DNA of 64,000 nucleotides from Ignavibacteria bacterium (GTDB lineage Bacteria > Bacteroidota > Ignavibacteria > UBA10030), in contig VGVZ01000004.1 in assembly GCA_016873805.1 (NCBI GenBank), positions 66,864-130,863 on the forward strand, in the 5' to 3' direction. Made by a program: the position numbers and the translations under genes. Within the stretch, counting starts at the first letter, position 1; each line of letters opens with the position of its first letter. This document shows, one piece after another, positions 13,059 to 22,461 of the stretch. The notes beneath the pieces are model-generated. The model had not been told where the DNA came from. It ran no database searches and saw only the letters and a program-made list of their open reading frames with translations.

Positions 13059-13958
13059 ATGGAGTCATCCTCTGGGAGGAAGATGGAAACGCGCGAACTG
13101 CTGAAAAAAGTACGGCATCTGGAGATTCGGACACGGGGACTTGTCAATCAGGTCTTCTCCGGTGAATACCATTCTGTTTTCAAGGGACGGGGGATGTCTT
13201 TCTCCGAAGTGAGGGAATACCAGCCCGGTGACGAGATCCGGATGATCGATTGGAATGTGACCGCGCGCTTCAATCATCCATTCGTAAAGGTGTTTGAAGA
13301 GGAACGAGAGCTGACGGCAATGCTCCTCGTCGATATGAGTGGTTCGCAGTCCTTCGGATCCAAGGCGTCGATGAAGAAGGATATCGCAGCCGAGATCAGC
13401 GCAATCCTTGCATTCTCCGCGATGAAGAACAACGACAAAGTGGGTGCTATCCTCTTCACGAACCAAATCGAAGCTTTTATTCCACCGCGAAAAGGACGGA
13501 CCCATGCCCTTCGCATCATCCGGGAACTCCTCTCCTTTGAGCCGCGCCAGACGGGTACGAGCATCAACATCGCGCTCGAGTACCTGAACAAGGTGCTCAA
13601 GAAACGCAGCATTGTCTTCCTGATTTCCGATTTTATCGACACGGGATATGAACATGCACTCCGCATTGCCGGCAAACGGCATGATCTGATCGGCATAAGT
13701 CTTCTCGATCCCCATGAACGAACGCTTCCCCGGGTCGGGCTCCTCTCAATCCGCGATCCGGAGAGCGGCAAGCTTAGAACCATCGATACATCGGATCCAA
13801 ACATTCGGGCCGCTCATAGAATTTTTTGGGAATCGCACCATCACCAGCGTCGCTCGTTCTTCCGCAAAGCGAGATTGGATGCGATCGAAATCTCTCTCGA
13901 TCAGGCCTATATGAAACCAATGACCGATTTCTTCCGGCGGAGGGAGCAAAGGTGGTAG
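13059..13958 (+). CDS. DUF58 domain protein (vWA-like, Bat operon)
   Basis: It has the DUF58 signature (…FKGRGMSFSEVREYQPGDEIRMIDWNVTAR…) and follows MoxR, the canonical order. The start is possibly the Met at 13083. Confidence 0.8.
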   Translation: MESSSGRKMETRELLKKVRHLEIRTRGLVNQVFSGEYHSVFKGRGMSFSEVREYQPGDEIRMIDWNVTARFNHPFVKVFEEERELTAMLLVDMSGSQSFGSKASMKKDIAAEISAILAFSAMKNNDKVGAILFTNQIEAFIPPRKGRTHALRIIRELLSFEPRQTGTSINIALEYLNKVLKKRSIVFLISDFIDTGYEHALRIAGKRHDLIGISLLDPHERTLPRVGLLSIRDPESGKLRTIDTSDPNIRAAHRIFWESHHHQRRSFFRKARLDAIEISLDQAYMKPMTDFFRRREQRW

Positions 13959-13962
13959 GATC

Positions 13963-14910
13963 GTGCGGTCCGTAATCTTCATATGGCTACTGTTCGCCGT
14001 CTCCCAGGCAAGAGCTGAGGATATCAAGTTCTCATCTCACACGGAGCGCGATCGGTACAAAATCGGCGAGTGGGTGCAGCTTGTGGTGGCGGCGGATATC
14101 CCGCGATCCGTCACGGTGATCGCACCCGTGACCAGTGACAGCATCGGGGGGTTCGAGGTACTGAACGTGGACGCGACGGAGCTGCCGGATGGACAACGGC
14201 GACACGAGTGGAACTTCCGTCTGATTACGTTTGATACGGGTCGGGTTTTTGTTCCTCCGATCCAATTCTTCTATCAGACAGAAGATGACACGACCCGAAA
14301 GCTTGCGTACAGTACCCCCGTCGCGTTGACCGTCGTCGGCGTTGATGTCGACCTCCAGGGAGATATCAAGGACATCAAACCTCCGCTTGATGCTCCATGG
14401 CTCTTTGAAGATTATCTCCCCTATATTCTGCTTCTGCTGGTTCTGCTCATTGTGGTTGGGGCGCTCGTGTACTGGAGACGAAAGCGAAGGAGATCGATTG
14501 AACCGGATCGGTTCGTGAGACGAGTGCCGCCGCACGAAACGGCGCTTGCCGCCCTGCGGGATCTCGAGGACGCCAGATTATGGCAGCAGGGGAAGACCAA
14601 GGAGTACTATTCACGCGTCACCGAGATCATCCGCGTCTATCTTGAAGGGCAGTATGGTGTGCCCGCGCTGGAATCGACATCGGACGAAATCCTCTCCGTG
14701 ATGAAAAACCTTGATCGGGGACAAGGGGTCTTCAAAGAGCTGACGTCGTTCCTCCTGACGGCAGATCTGGTGAAGTTTGCCAAGTACGTCCCCACGTTGG
14801 AAGAAAACACACAGGAACTGGCATCCGCCTATACAATCGTCAGATCCACGATGACTCCCGTGGAACCCGAGAGACGGGTTCAAGAGAAAGAAGATGTTCA
14901 TGTTCGGTGA
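13963..14910 (+). CDS. Hypothetical membrane protein of the Bat operon (DUF4381-like)
   Basis: It has a signal peptide and an internal TM segment (LPYILLLLVLLIVVGALVYWRRKRRR). This position between DUF58 and BatA is typical in Bat loci. Confidence 0.55.
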   Translation: MRSVIFIWLLFAVSQARAEDIKFSSHTERDRYKIGEWVQLVVAADIPRSVTVIAPVTSDSIGGFEVLNVDATELPDGQRRHEWNFRLITFDTGRVFVPPIQFFYQTEDDTTRKLAYSTPVALTVVGVDVDLQGDIKDIKPPLDAPWLFEDYLPYILLLLVLLIVVGALVYWRRKRRRSIEPDRFVRRVPPHETALAALRDLEDARLWQQGKTKEYYSRVTEIIRVYLEGQYGVPALESTSDEILSVMKNLDRGQGVFKELTSFLLTADLVKFAKYVPTLEENTQELASAYTIVRSTMTPVEPERRVQEKEDVHVR

Positions 14911-15892
14911 TTCATTTGGAAATCCGGAATTTCTCTGGTTGCTGCTGGCGGTGCCCCCTCTCGCGGTGTACTACTGGAGACGGTCAAGGAACCGTGTCGT
15001 CAATCTGCAGTACTCATCGCTGAAGCCGTTCGAGAATTCCGGCCTCAGTTTGAGAGAGCGTCTGCAGCATGTTCCGGTCGCGTTGCGACTTCTTGCGCTG
15101 GCATGTCTGATTCTTGCGCTCGCGCGGCCGCAATCGGTATTGAGCAGCGAAAATATCGTCACCGAAGGTATTGATATTGTCCTTGTGCTGGATATTTCCG
15201 GAAGCATGCTTGCGGAGGATTTTTCACCGAATCGTCTTGCGGCGGCAAAGGACGTCGCATCTGATTTCATTCAGGGACGTTCGAACGATCGGATCGGACT
15301 TGTGATCTTCTCCGCGGAAAGCTTCACACAGTGCCCTCTCACCACTGACTACGTCGTCCTTCGGAATCTTCTGAGAGAGGTCAAGAACGGCATGATCGCG
15401 GACGGCACCGCGATCGGGCTCGCGATCGCGAACGGCGTGAATCGCCTCAAGGAGAGCAAAGCAAAGAGCAGAGTGATGATCCTCCTCACCGACGGGGTGA
15501 ACAACAGAGGAGAGATAGACCCGATCACGGCGGCGAAAGTTGCGGCAACCTACGGAATTCGTGTGTACACCGTTGGGGTCGGAGCCGAGGGGGAGGCACC
15601 GTTCCCCGTTCAGACGCCGTTCGGCATTCGGCGGCAATTGATGAAGGTGGATCTCGACGAGAAAACTCTCACGGCAGTATCGAACATGACCGGCGGCCAG
15701 TACTTCAGGGCAACGGACAATCGCAAACTCAAGGCGATCTATGCCGAAATCGACAAGCTGGAGAGAACGAAAATCGAGGTGACTGCCTATAAGAAGTTTA
15801 CCGAATTGTTCTTCGGCTGGTTGCTTGCAGGGACCCTCCTGCTGGCGGCCGAAGTCGGACTGCAGTCGACGATCTTGAGGAAAATTCCCTAG
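14894..15892 (+). CDS. batA: BatA-like vWA domain protein
   Basis: It has N-terminal TM segments and a vWA MIDAS motif (VLVLDISGSM…T…). Confidence 0.8.
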   Translation: MFMFGDSFGNPEFLWLLLAVPPLAVYYWRRSRNRVVNLQYSSLKPFENSGLSLRERLQHVPVALRLLALACLILALARPQSVLSSENIVTEGIDIVLVLDISGSMLAEDFSPNRLAAAKDVASDFIQGRSNDRIGLVIFSAESFTQCPLTTDYVVLRNLLREVKNGMIADGTAIGLAIANGVNRLKESKAKSRVMILLTDGVNNRGEIDPITAAKVAATYGIRVYTVGVGAEGEAPFPVQTPFGIRRQLMKVDLDEKTLTAVSNMTGGQYFRATDNRKLKAIYAEIDKLERTKIEVTAYKKFTELFFGWLLAGTLLLAAEVGLQSTILRKIP

Positions 15893-15900
15893 CGAATCCC

Positions 15901-17670
15901 ATGCTGGAGTTTCAACATCCTGAATATCTGTGGTATCTCCTGGCTTTGCCGGCATTGGCGGGGGTGTTCCTGGTGGTGAATCTGCGCCGAGCTCGTCTGC
16001 TGCGTCGGTTCATCGATCGCGATGTGCAGGAGCAGCTTGTGCCGCACGCGAGCAACGCCAAGCGAACCATGAGACAGGTGATGATTCTCGCCGCACTCGG
16101 TCTGCTTATCATCACCTTCGCGAATCCACAGGTCGGAACCAGACTTGAGGAGGTGAAGCGCGAGGGAATCGATCTCTTCGTGGCGCTCGATGTTTCTCTC
16201 AGCATGAGAGCCGAAGATGTGCGCCCGAATCGATTGGAAAAGGCGAAACGAGATGTTTCCGTTCTCCTCAAGAAACTCTCCGGCGACCGGGTGGGCTTGA
16301 TCGTGTTCGCCGGTGATGCCTTTGTCCAGTTTCCTCTCACCGCCGACTATTCCGCAGCCGATTTGTTTCTGTCCGCAGTCGATGTGGAATCGGTGCCGAC
16401 GCCCGGAACGATGATTGCCAGCGCACTCGACAAGGCACTTGCATCGTTCTCGACCGATCTCCCGACGCAGAAAGCGATTATCGTCGTGAGTGATGGAGAA
16501 AATACCGAGGGAGATGTCTTCGGAGCTGTAGAGAGAGCACAGAAGGCGCGGGTGAAAGTTTTCACCATCGGGATGGGAACCCTCGAGGGGGGGCCGATTC
16601 CGGTATACGACGGACGCGGAAACCGCATTGATTATAAACGTGACCGGGGAGGAACCATCGTGCTCACTCGGCTGGACGAATCCGTGCTCCAGCAAATCGC
16701 CTCTGTCAGCGGCGGTACGTACCGCCGCGCCGCAAGCGGCGGCAACGAGATCAATGAGATCTACAACGAGCTTGCAGCCCTCGAAAAGACTGAATTCGGC
16801 GTGAAACAAATCACCGGCTATGAATCACAGTATCAGTATCCCCTTGGCTTGGCGATTCTCCTGCTCCTCTTTGAATTTCTTCTGACAGAACGCCGGGGAG
16901 GATTGCTTACACGTTTGCGTCAATTGATCGCATCGGCTATCGTTCTGATAGGCCTCGCTGTTCTTCTTCCTCACCCTGCATTCTCGCAAACCGTCCGCTC
17001 ACAGATTGCCGCGGGGAACAGATTCTACGCGGAGGAGAAATACGGAGACGCCGAGGCATCATATAAGAAAGCCCAGGAAAAAGATCCTGCTTCGCGCGAA
17101 GCTCAGTTCAATCTGGGAGATACGTTCTATAAACAGGAACGGTACGAAGAAGCGCTCCGAGCGTTCTCTCAGGCGGGGCCAACAGCCAAAGACCCGACAG
17201 ATCAATCAGCCGCTCTCCACAACATCGGAAACACGCTCCTCAAGGCCGGCAAGATCCCCGAAAGCATTGAAGCGTACAAGCAGGCGCTCAAGCTCAATCC
17301 GAGTGATGACGACACGCGATACAATTATCAATATGCACGTGAACTCTTGAAGCAACAGCAGAAGAACCACCAGAAACAGGATCAGAACAAGGATCAGAAG
17401 CAAGATCAACAGGAAAACGAAAAGCAGCAGGACCGCCAGGAGAATCAACAGCCGAAGGACGAACAACAGCAAGAGCGGCAGCAACAGTCGCGTCAAGAAG
17501 AGGAGCGAAAGGCGCGAGAGGAACAGGCGAAGGCCGCGCAGAAGAAAAATCAATTGCCGAAAGAACAGGCGGAGCAAATTCTCGAGGCCCTTCGAAACAA
17601 TGAAAAGGAGATCCAGAAACAACTTCGCAAACGCGAGGCTGCCAGAGTGAAAGTCGAGAAAGACTGGTGA
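15901..17670 (+). CDS. batB: BatB/BatC-like vWA plus TPR protein with a Gln/Lys/Glu-rich C-terminal tail
   Basis: It has a vWA MIDAS motif (FVALDVSLSM), TPR repeats, and a low-complexity QQKNHQKQDQ… tail. Confidence 0.8.
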   Translation: MLEFQHPEYLWYLLALPALAGVFLVVNLRRARLLRRFIDRDVQEQLVPHASNAKRTMRQVMILAALGLLIITFANPQVGTRLEEVKREGIDLFVALDVSLSMRAEDVRPNRLEKAKRDVSVLLKKLSGDRVGLIVFAGDAFVQFPLTADYSAADLFLSAVDVESVPTPGTMIASALDKALASFSTDLPTQKAIIVVSDGENTEGDVFGAVERAQKARVKVFTIGMGTLEGGPIPVYDGRGNRIDYKRDRGGTIVLTRLDESVLQQIASVSGGTYRRAASGGNEINEIYNELAALEKTEFGVKQITGYESQYQYPLGLAILLLLFEFLLTERRGGLLTRLRQLIASAIVLIGLAVLLPHPAFSQTVRSQIAAGNRFYAEEKYGDAEASYKKAQEKDPASREAQFNLGDTFYKQERYEEALRAFSQAGPTAKDPTDQSAALHNIGNTLLKAGKIPESIEAYKQALKLNPSDDDTRYNYQYARELLKQQQKNHQKQDQNKDQKQDQQENEKQQDRQENQQPKDEQQQERQQQSRQEEERKAREEQAKAAQKKNQLPKEQAEQILEALRNNEKEIQKQLRKREAARVKVEKDW

Positions 17671-19487
17671 TGGAGAGAATCTCGGTCATAGCGCTGAGCG
17701 TCGGATTCTTCTTCGCATGGGCCGTTGCACAGGATGCAACGTTCACGGTCTCCCTCGATCCCGCCAAGCCAGCCGCAGGAGAGCAATTCGTGGTCTCCTT
17801 CACCGTCTCAGGGTCTGAGATGCCCGATACGAGGAGCTTCAAAGGACCCGATGTTGCGCGATTCGTCGTGATGAGCGGACCGAATGTGTCGCAAAACATG
17901 CAGTTCATCAATGGACGTATGTCTGCCTCCATCACGTACACCTATTACCTGTATGCCCGCGAGCCGGGAAGATATTCGATCGGGTCCGCGTCGATCGATG
18001 TGAAGGGGAAGACGTACAAGACCGATCCGTTGCAGGTTGAGATCGGTTCGGGGAAGTCCCGATCACAGCAGCAGGAGGAACAACCATCATCCTCGGTTGA
18101 ACTCGGCGACAATCTCTTCCTCCGCGCAATTCCAAGCAAGCTCCGCGTCAAACAAGGAGAGCAGCTCACCGTCACGTACAAGCTCTACACGCGCGTAAAC
18201 ATCTCGGACTACGGACTTTCAAAGGTACCGACGTACGAAGGATTCTGGGCAGAAGACTTTGAAATGCCGCGCAATCCGGACGTGACATCTGAGAGTTACG
18301 AAGGAAATCAATACCGCGTCGTCACGCTCAAGCGGACTGCATTGTTTGCGTCGCAAAGCGGATCGCTGAAGCTCGCTCCGTTACAGGTGAGATGCGCCGT
18401 TCAGATTCAGTCACGCCGTCGTTCGAATGATCCCTTCGACATCTTCAACGACCCCTTCTTTGGACGTTTTCAGACGGCGGAGCATGAAGTTGCTTCCAAT
18501 CCCCTCACCATCGCGGTCGATCGATTGCCTGACGGAGCGCCGGAGGGTTTTGCAGGAGCGGTGGGAAAGTATTCGATGACGGTGTCTCTCGACAAGCGAG
18601 AAACACGCGCAGGCGAACCTCTGACGCTGAAAATCACCGTTGCCGGTGCGGGAAACGTGAAGCTCCTTGTCATGCCCAAACCGGTCTTCCCGACCGACTT
18701 TGAAGTCTACGAACCGAAAATCTCTGATGAAATTACCCGGGACGGGGGCGTGATCCGGGGACGCAAAACGGCAGAATACCTTCTCATCCCGCGCAACGCG
18801 GCTCAACGATCGATCGAACCGTTCGCGTTTGCGTACTACGATCTGGAGCGGAACAGCTACGTGGTCCACCGGTCGCCCCGCTTTGAGATTGCGGTGACCC
18901 CCGGAAAGGAGCTGGCGTCCGGAGGCGCGGCCTTCGCCGCGAAAGAAGATGTGCGACTGCTCGGTGAGGATATCCGATACCTCAAGCTTGAACCAGGGGT
19001 GCTCGTGAGACACGATCGATCGTTGTTCCAGGACTTCTGGTTTGTTGCCGGCCTTCTTCTGCCACCGTTTCTCCTCGTGGGGGCCTTGATCTATCGCCGG
19101 CGAAGCGAATCGATCAGCGGGAACGTGACATATTGGCGATCGCAGAAAGCCGGAAAAGAAGCATCGAAACGGCTAAAGAATGCCCGCAAACTTCTTTCGG
19201 GGAAGAACAGCGTCGAGTATCACGCGGAAATCTCCCGGGCATTGCTCGGCTACCTGCAGGACAAACTCGGCATGTCAACGTCCGCTCTCTCGATCGAGTT
19301 CGCGGTCGCTCAACTGAAAGAGCGCGGTGTTGAACCATCCTTGATTCAACCATTGGAGGAATGTATTCAACGGGCAGAGTTCGCGCGATTTGCGCCGGGA
19401 GGAGATACGCAGGAAGCGCGCCGGGATTTGCTCGATGCAGCGACAACGGCCATCGGTAATCTCGAGGAGGCTCTGAACAAGCGATGA
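17667..19487 (+). CDS. batD: BatD-like oxygen-tolerance protein
   Basis: It has a signal peptide, Big-like repeats and a C-terminal TM segment. The position and architecture are typical of BatD. Confidence 0.7.
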   Translation: MMERISVIALSVGFFFAWAVAQDATFTVSLDPAKPAAGEQFVVSFTVSGSEMPDTRSFKGPDVARFVVMSGPNVSQNMQFINGRMSASITYTYYLYAREPGRYSIGSASIDVKGKTYKTDPLQVEIGSGKSRSQQQEEQPSSSVELGDNLFLRAIPSKLRVKQGEQLTVTYKLYTRVNISDYGLSKVPTYEGFWAEDFEMPRNPDVTSESYEGNQYRVVTLKRTALFASQSGSLKLAPLQVRCAVQIQSRRRSNDPFDIFNDPFFGRFQTAEHEVASNPLTIAVDRLPDGAPEGFAGAVGKYSMTVSLDKRETRAGEPLTLKITVAGAGNVKLLVMPKPVFPTDFEVYEPKISDEITRDGGVIRGRKTAEYLLIPRNAAQRSIEPFAFAYYDLERNSYVVHRSPRFEIAVTPGKELASGGAAFAAKEDVRLLGEDIRYLKLEPGVLVRHDRSLFQDFWFVAGLLLPPFLLVGALIYRRRSESISGNVTYWRSQKAGKEASKRLKNARKLLSGKNSVEYHAEISRALLGYLQDKLGMSTSALSIEFAVAQLKERGVEPSLIQPLEECIQRAEFARFAPGGDTQEARRDLLDAATTAIGNLEEALNKR

Positions 19488-20254
19488 TGTCCCGAGTTCG
19501 ATTCCTTATGAACCTGACGATCGTTGGCATGCTGGCGATGTCCTCCTCCTCTGCCCAGACTCTCCAGGACGTGTTCGATCGCGGGATCGCTCTGTACAGA
19601 GATGGGAAGTACGAAGGCGCAGCTCGCGAGTTTGAGTCGATGCTGAAGCAGGGATACAAGAGTGCCGGGATCTACTTCAACGTTGGCAATGCCTACTATC
19701 GGACAGGGAATATTGGAAAGGCGATTCTGGCGTATGAACGTGCCCGCCGGCTTGAACCTCACGACCCGGAGATCGAACACAACCTGAAGCTCGCCAATTT
19801 GCGTACGGTCGATCGGATCGATGCCGTTCCGGAGTTCTTTCTCGTCGGCTGGATCCGTTCGCTCGCATCTGTTCTTGCTCCGTCTGCGACGGCATACATA
19901 TTCTTGCTTTCCTGGACCATTGCGTTCATCTCGCTCGCAATCCTGGTGCTCCGGTGGTTCAGCCGTGCAACGCGAATGTTCCGCGTGATCTTCTTGATCT
20001 CGATCGGCGGGATCGTCCTCGGCGGATCGCTTCTTGCACTTCAAACGATAGAATCCAGCTCACAGGACGATGCGATCGTTGTTGCGGCGGTGGTCACGGC
20101 GAAGAATTCCCCGGACGAACAGGCAGTGAATGCGTTTGTGATCCATGAGGGATTGAAGGTCCGGCTGAGTGACTCCGTGGGGGACTGGATCAAAATCACG
20201 CTCGCGGATGGAAAAGTGGGATGGGTGCCCTCCACCACTGTTGAACAAATCTAA
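19484..20254 (+). CDS. batE: BatE-like TPR/SH3b membrane protein
   Basis: It has TPR repeats, two TM segments and a C-terminal SH3b-like region (GDWIKITLADGKVGWVP). Confidence 0.65.
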   Translation: MMSRVRFLMNLTIVGMLAMSSSSAQTLQDVFDRGIALYRDGKYEGAAREFESMLKQGYKSAGIYFNVGNAYYRTGNIGKAILAYERARRLEPHDPEIEHNLKLANLRTVDRIDAVPEFFLVGWIRSLASVLAPSATAYIFLLSWTIAFISLAILVLRWFSRATRMFRVIFLISIGGIVLGGSLLALQTIESSSQDDAIVVAAVVTAKNSPDEQAVNAFVIHEGLKVRLSDSVGDWIKITLADGKVGWVPSTTVEQI

Positions 20255-20288
20255 TCAAATGCTGAACGATTCCAGAGGAATGGATCAT

Positions 20289-20768
20289 ATGAAACGCGTA
20301 TCGTTCTTCACGATGGTCGCTTCGCTCATGATGATGCTGGCTCTCATCATCTCCGTCTCGGCTCAAACAGAGGAAGAAACGACCATCAAGATCAAGACAG
20401 TGAAGGTGGAACAAGGAGATACCACGATAGCGGAACAGACCCTCACACCGAAAGAGTTTGACGAGATGAAGAAAAAAGGGGAGTTCAAGGATATTGAGAT
20501 CCAGATGAAGAAGGGACGGGAAGAAGGGGGCAGGCAAAAGATCACGAAAGAAATCCGCGTGACGACGAGCGGAAGAAGCGACAAAGATCGCGAGCTGGAG
20601 ATCGAGGTTCGGGAAGTGGAAGACGGGAAAGAAGTGGTAAAGATTCTGAAAGGGAAGGAGGCGGAGAAATATCATAAGCACATGAAACACTCCGAACATG
20701 AGCATAAAGCGGTTGAAAAGAAGACCTCAAAGAAAAAGGAATCGTCGAGAAGAAGTACGAAAGACTAG
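20289..20768 (+). CDS. Hypothetical secreted Lys/Glu-rich protein with a His-rich patch
   Basis: A signal peptide (MKRVSFFTMVASLMMMLALIISVSAQ) is followed by a charged low-complexity region (KYHKHMKHSEHEHK). The ORF opens at 20169, but the Met at 20289 has an RBS-like agagga upstream and lies after the BatE stop. Confidence 0.45.
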   Translation: MKRVSFFTMVASLMMMLALIISVSAQTEEETTIKIKTVKVEQGDTTIAEQTLTPKEFDEMKKKGEFKDIEIQMKKGREEGGRQKITKEIRVTTSGRSDKDRELEIEVREVEDGKEVVKILKGKEAEKYHKHMKHSEHEHKAVEKKTSKKKESSRRSTKD

Positions 20769-20818
20769 TCCGCGGTCTGGTGTACGGCAGCAACGAAGGA
20801 TCGCGAAAGGAGATCAAC

Positions 20819-21778
20819 ATGAACAAGAGTTCAGCGGTGGTTCTGATTCTCTTCGTCGTCGTGACAGCCACATCACTGGCACGTGTACGTGTCGATGGTC
20901 CCCTCTGCATGGCTGGTGGAAAGGTTCTTCCTCAGGATCGCACAACCGCCGATTCGTTAGTCCGGCTCATCGAGAAACAGCGACGAGAGGAAGAGCTCTG
21001 GCTGAAGCAGGGAGCCACCTCGTACCTGGCGACGATTCTCCGAAAAGACTTCGGATCTCTCTCCGCGCTTACCGTCGGACGGGATGAATCGAATGATCTC
21101 CGGATTGACGATCCTGCGATCGCCTCTCAACATCTTCGCGTGACGGTGGTTGGGGATTCCTTTCATGTCCAGAGTCTCGATCCTTCTCATCCGTTTCTCT
21201 ATCGGAACGAGACGATGCGTGAGGCAATTCTCCCTCCGTTATCGGTCAAGATTGGAAGATACTTGCTTCGCCTCTCCCATCAGCGCTTTCCCGGTCTGAT
21301 CGTCTTCGATCCCGAGAGCCCGCGATTCAAGGAATACAAAGGGCTCTCGTACTTTCCGATCGATCTCTCCTATCGATTCGTCCTGCCGCTGATTCCCAAT
21401 CCAACATCTGACACAGTGATCATTCTCTCGACGAGAGGGAATCAGCGTCGTGCCTTGCGCGCCGGTTGGTTCGAGTTCACCGTCGATAGAAAGAAAGCTC
21501 GATTGGAAGTATCGCGACTGCTGGAGCCCGGCGTCGGAGATCAGGGTTACAGCATCTTCTTCCGGGATGCGACGAGCGGCGAAGAAACGTACGAGCTTGG
21601 ACGATATCTGGATGTCGAGGCGTTGCCGGATGGACGATTCGTCGTTGATTTCAACCGCGCCTACAATCCGGCGTGCGCATTCTCTGAGCACTACAATTGC
21701 CCGATTCCACCTGCGGCAAACAATCTGAGTATTCCGATTCGCGCAGGGGAAAAAGACTCAAAGTACCTCAAGCATTAG
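20819..21778 (+). CDS. DUF1684 domain protein
   Basis: It has a signal peptide and the conserved C-terminal motif …YNPACAFSEHYNCPIPP…. The start is taken at the MNKSSAVVLILF Met. Confidence 0.7.
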   Translation: MNKSSAVVLILFVVVTATSLARVRVDGPLCMAGGKVLPQDRTTADSLVRLIEKQRREEELWLKQGATSYLATILRKDFGSLSALTVGRDESNDLRIDDPAIASQHLRVTVVGDSFHVQSLDPSHPFLYRNETMREAILPPLSVKIGRYLLRLSHQRFPGLIVFDPESPRFKEYKGLSYFPIDLSYRFVLPLIPNPTSDTVIILSTRGNQRRALRAGWFEFTVDRKKARLEVSRLLEPGVGDQGYSIFFRDATSGEETYELGRYLDVEALPDGRFVVDFNRAYNPACAFSEHYNCPIPPAANNLSIPIRAGEKDSKYLKH

Positions 21779-22082
21779 CGGGAAACCTTTCGAATGGTAA
21801 TGAGAGTCCGCCCATAAGCATTCGGAAGGATCACCTCCGACCTGCCAACCTCCGGAACAAGAAAAAGACACTTTGGCGAGTTCGATTGCCCCGGTCTCAG
21901 GAAGTAGTTCTATCACTTGACTTCTCCTGAGTATTCACAGCGAACGCTCTGCGGCAACTCGTATCGTGCTGGAGTTCTTATGCGCTCGAGAAGGGACGCG
22001 TCGATTATTCCAACAACCCTCTCACCGCCGGTCCGCGGCTGTCATCTCCATACTTCCACCCGCAACGTGAAGGAACAAGAAT

Positions 22083-22391
22083 ATGAAATCTGCAAAACGC
22101 CGCCGGCTTGAGGCCAAGGGTTGGAAATTTGGAACTGTGCAGGAGTTTCTGAATCTCTCAGAGGAGGAAGCTGCGTATATTGAACTGAAATTGGCATTAA
22201 GCAAGAACCTCCGAGAGGTGCGACGAAAGAAGAATCTAACACAGCACGAACTTGCTCGACGCCTAAAGTCAAGTCAATCGCGCGTCGCAAAGATGGAAGC
22301 TGGTGATCCATCAGTATCGCTTGATCTACTTATTCGGTCGTTGCTGGCATTGGGCGCATCGAGAAAGCATCTCGCGCAGATACTTTCCTGA
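22083..22391 (+). CDS. XRE-family HTH protein (HigA-like antitoxin architecture)
   Basis: The 102-aa ORF has an HTH (LTQHELARRLKSSQSRVAKMEAG). I could not find a convincing toxin partner in the 300 bp upstream. Confidence 0.55.
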   Translation: MKSAKRRRLEAKGWKFGTVQEFLNLSEEEAAYIELKLALSKNLREVRRKKNLTQHELARRLKSSQSRVAKMEAGDPSVSLDLLIRSLLALGASRKHLAQILS

Positions 22392-22461
22392 AGTATCCAA
22401 CCCTTCCTTATACGAACCTCCGCAGGTGCAAATGACATCTAACTACCGGAAATACGAACGC

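Noticed and set aside
17206-17622. Minus-strand ORF encoding a Leu-rich low-complexity protein
   Set aside because: It is the antisense reading of the Gln/Lys-rich low-complexity tail of BatB, a mirror artefact.
21838-21850. ggatcacctcc motif resembling the 3' end of 16S rRNA (anti-Shine-Dalgarno)
   Set aside because: It is an isolated 11-mer in an intergenic region with no surrounding rRNA-like sequence. I take it as coincidental.
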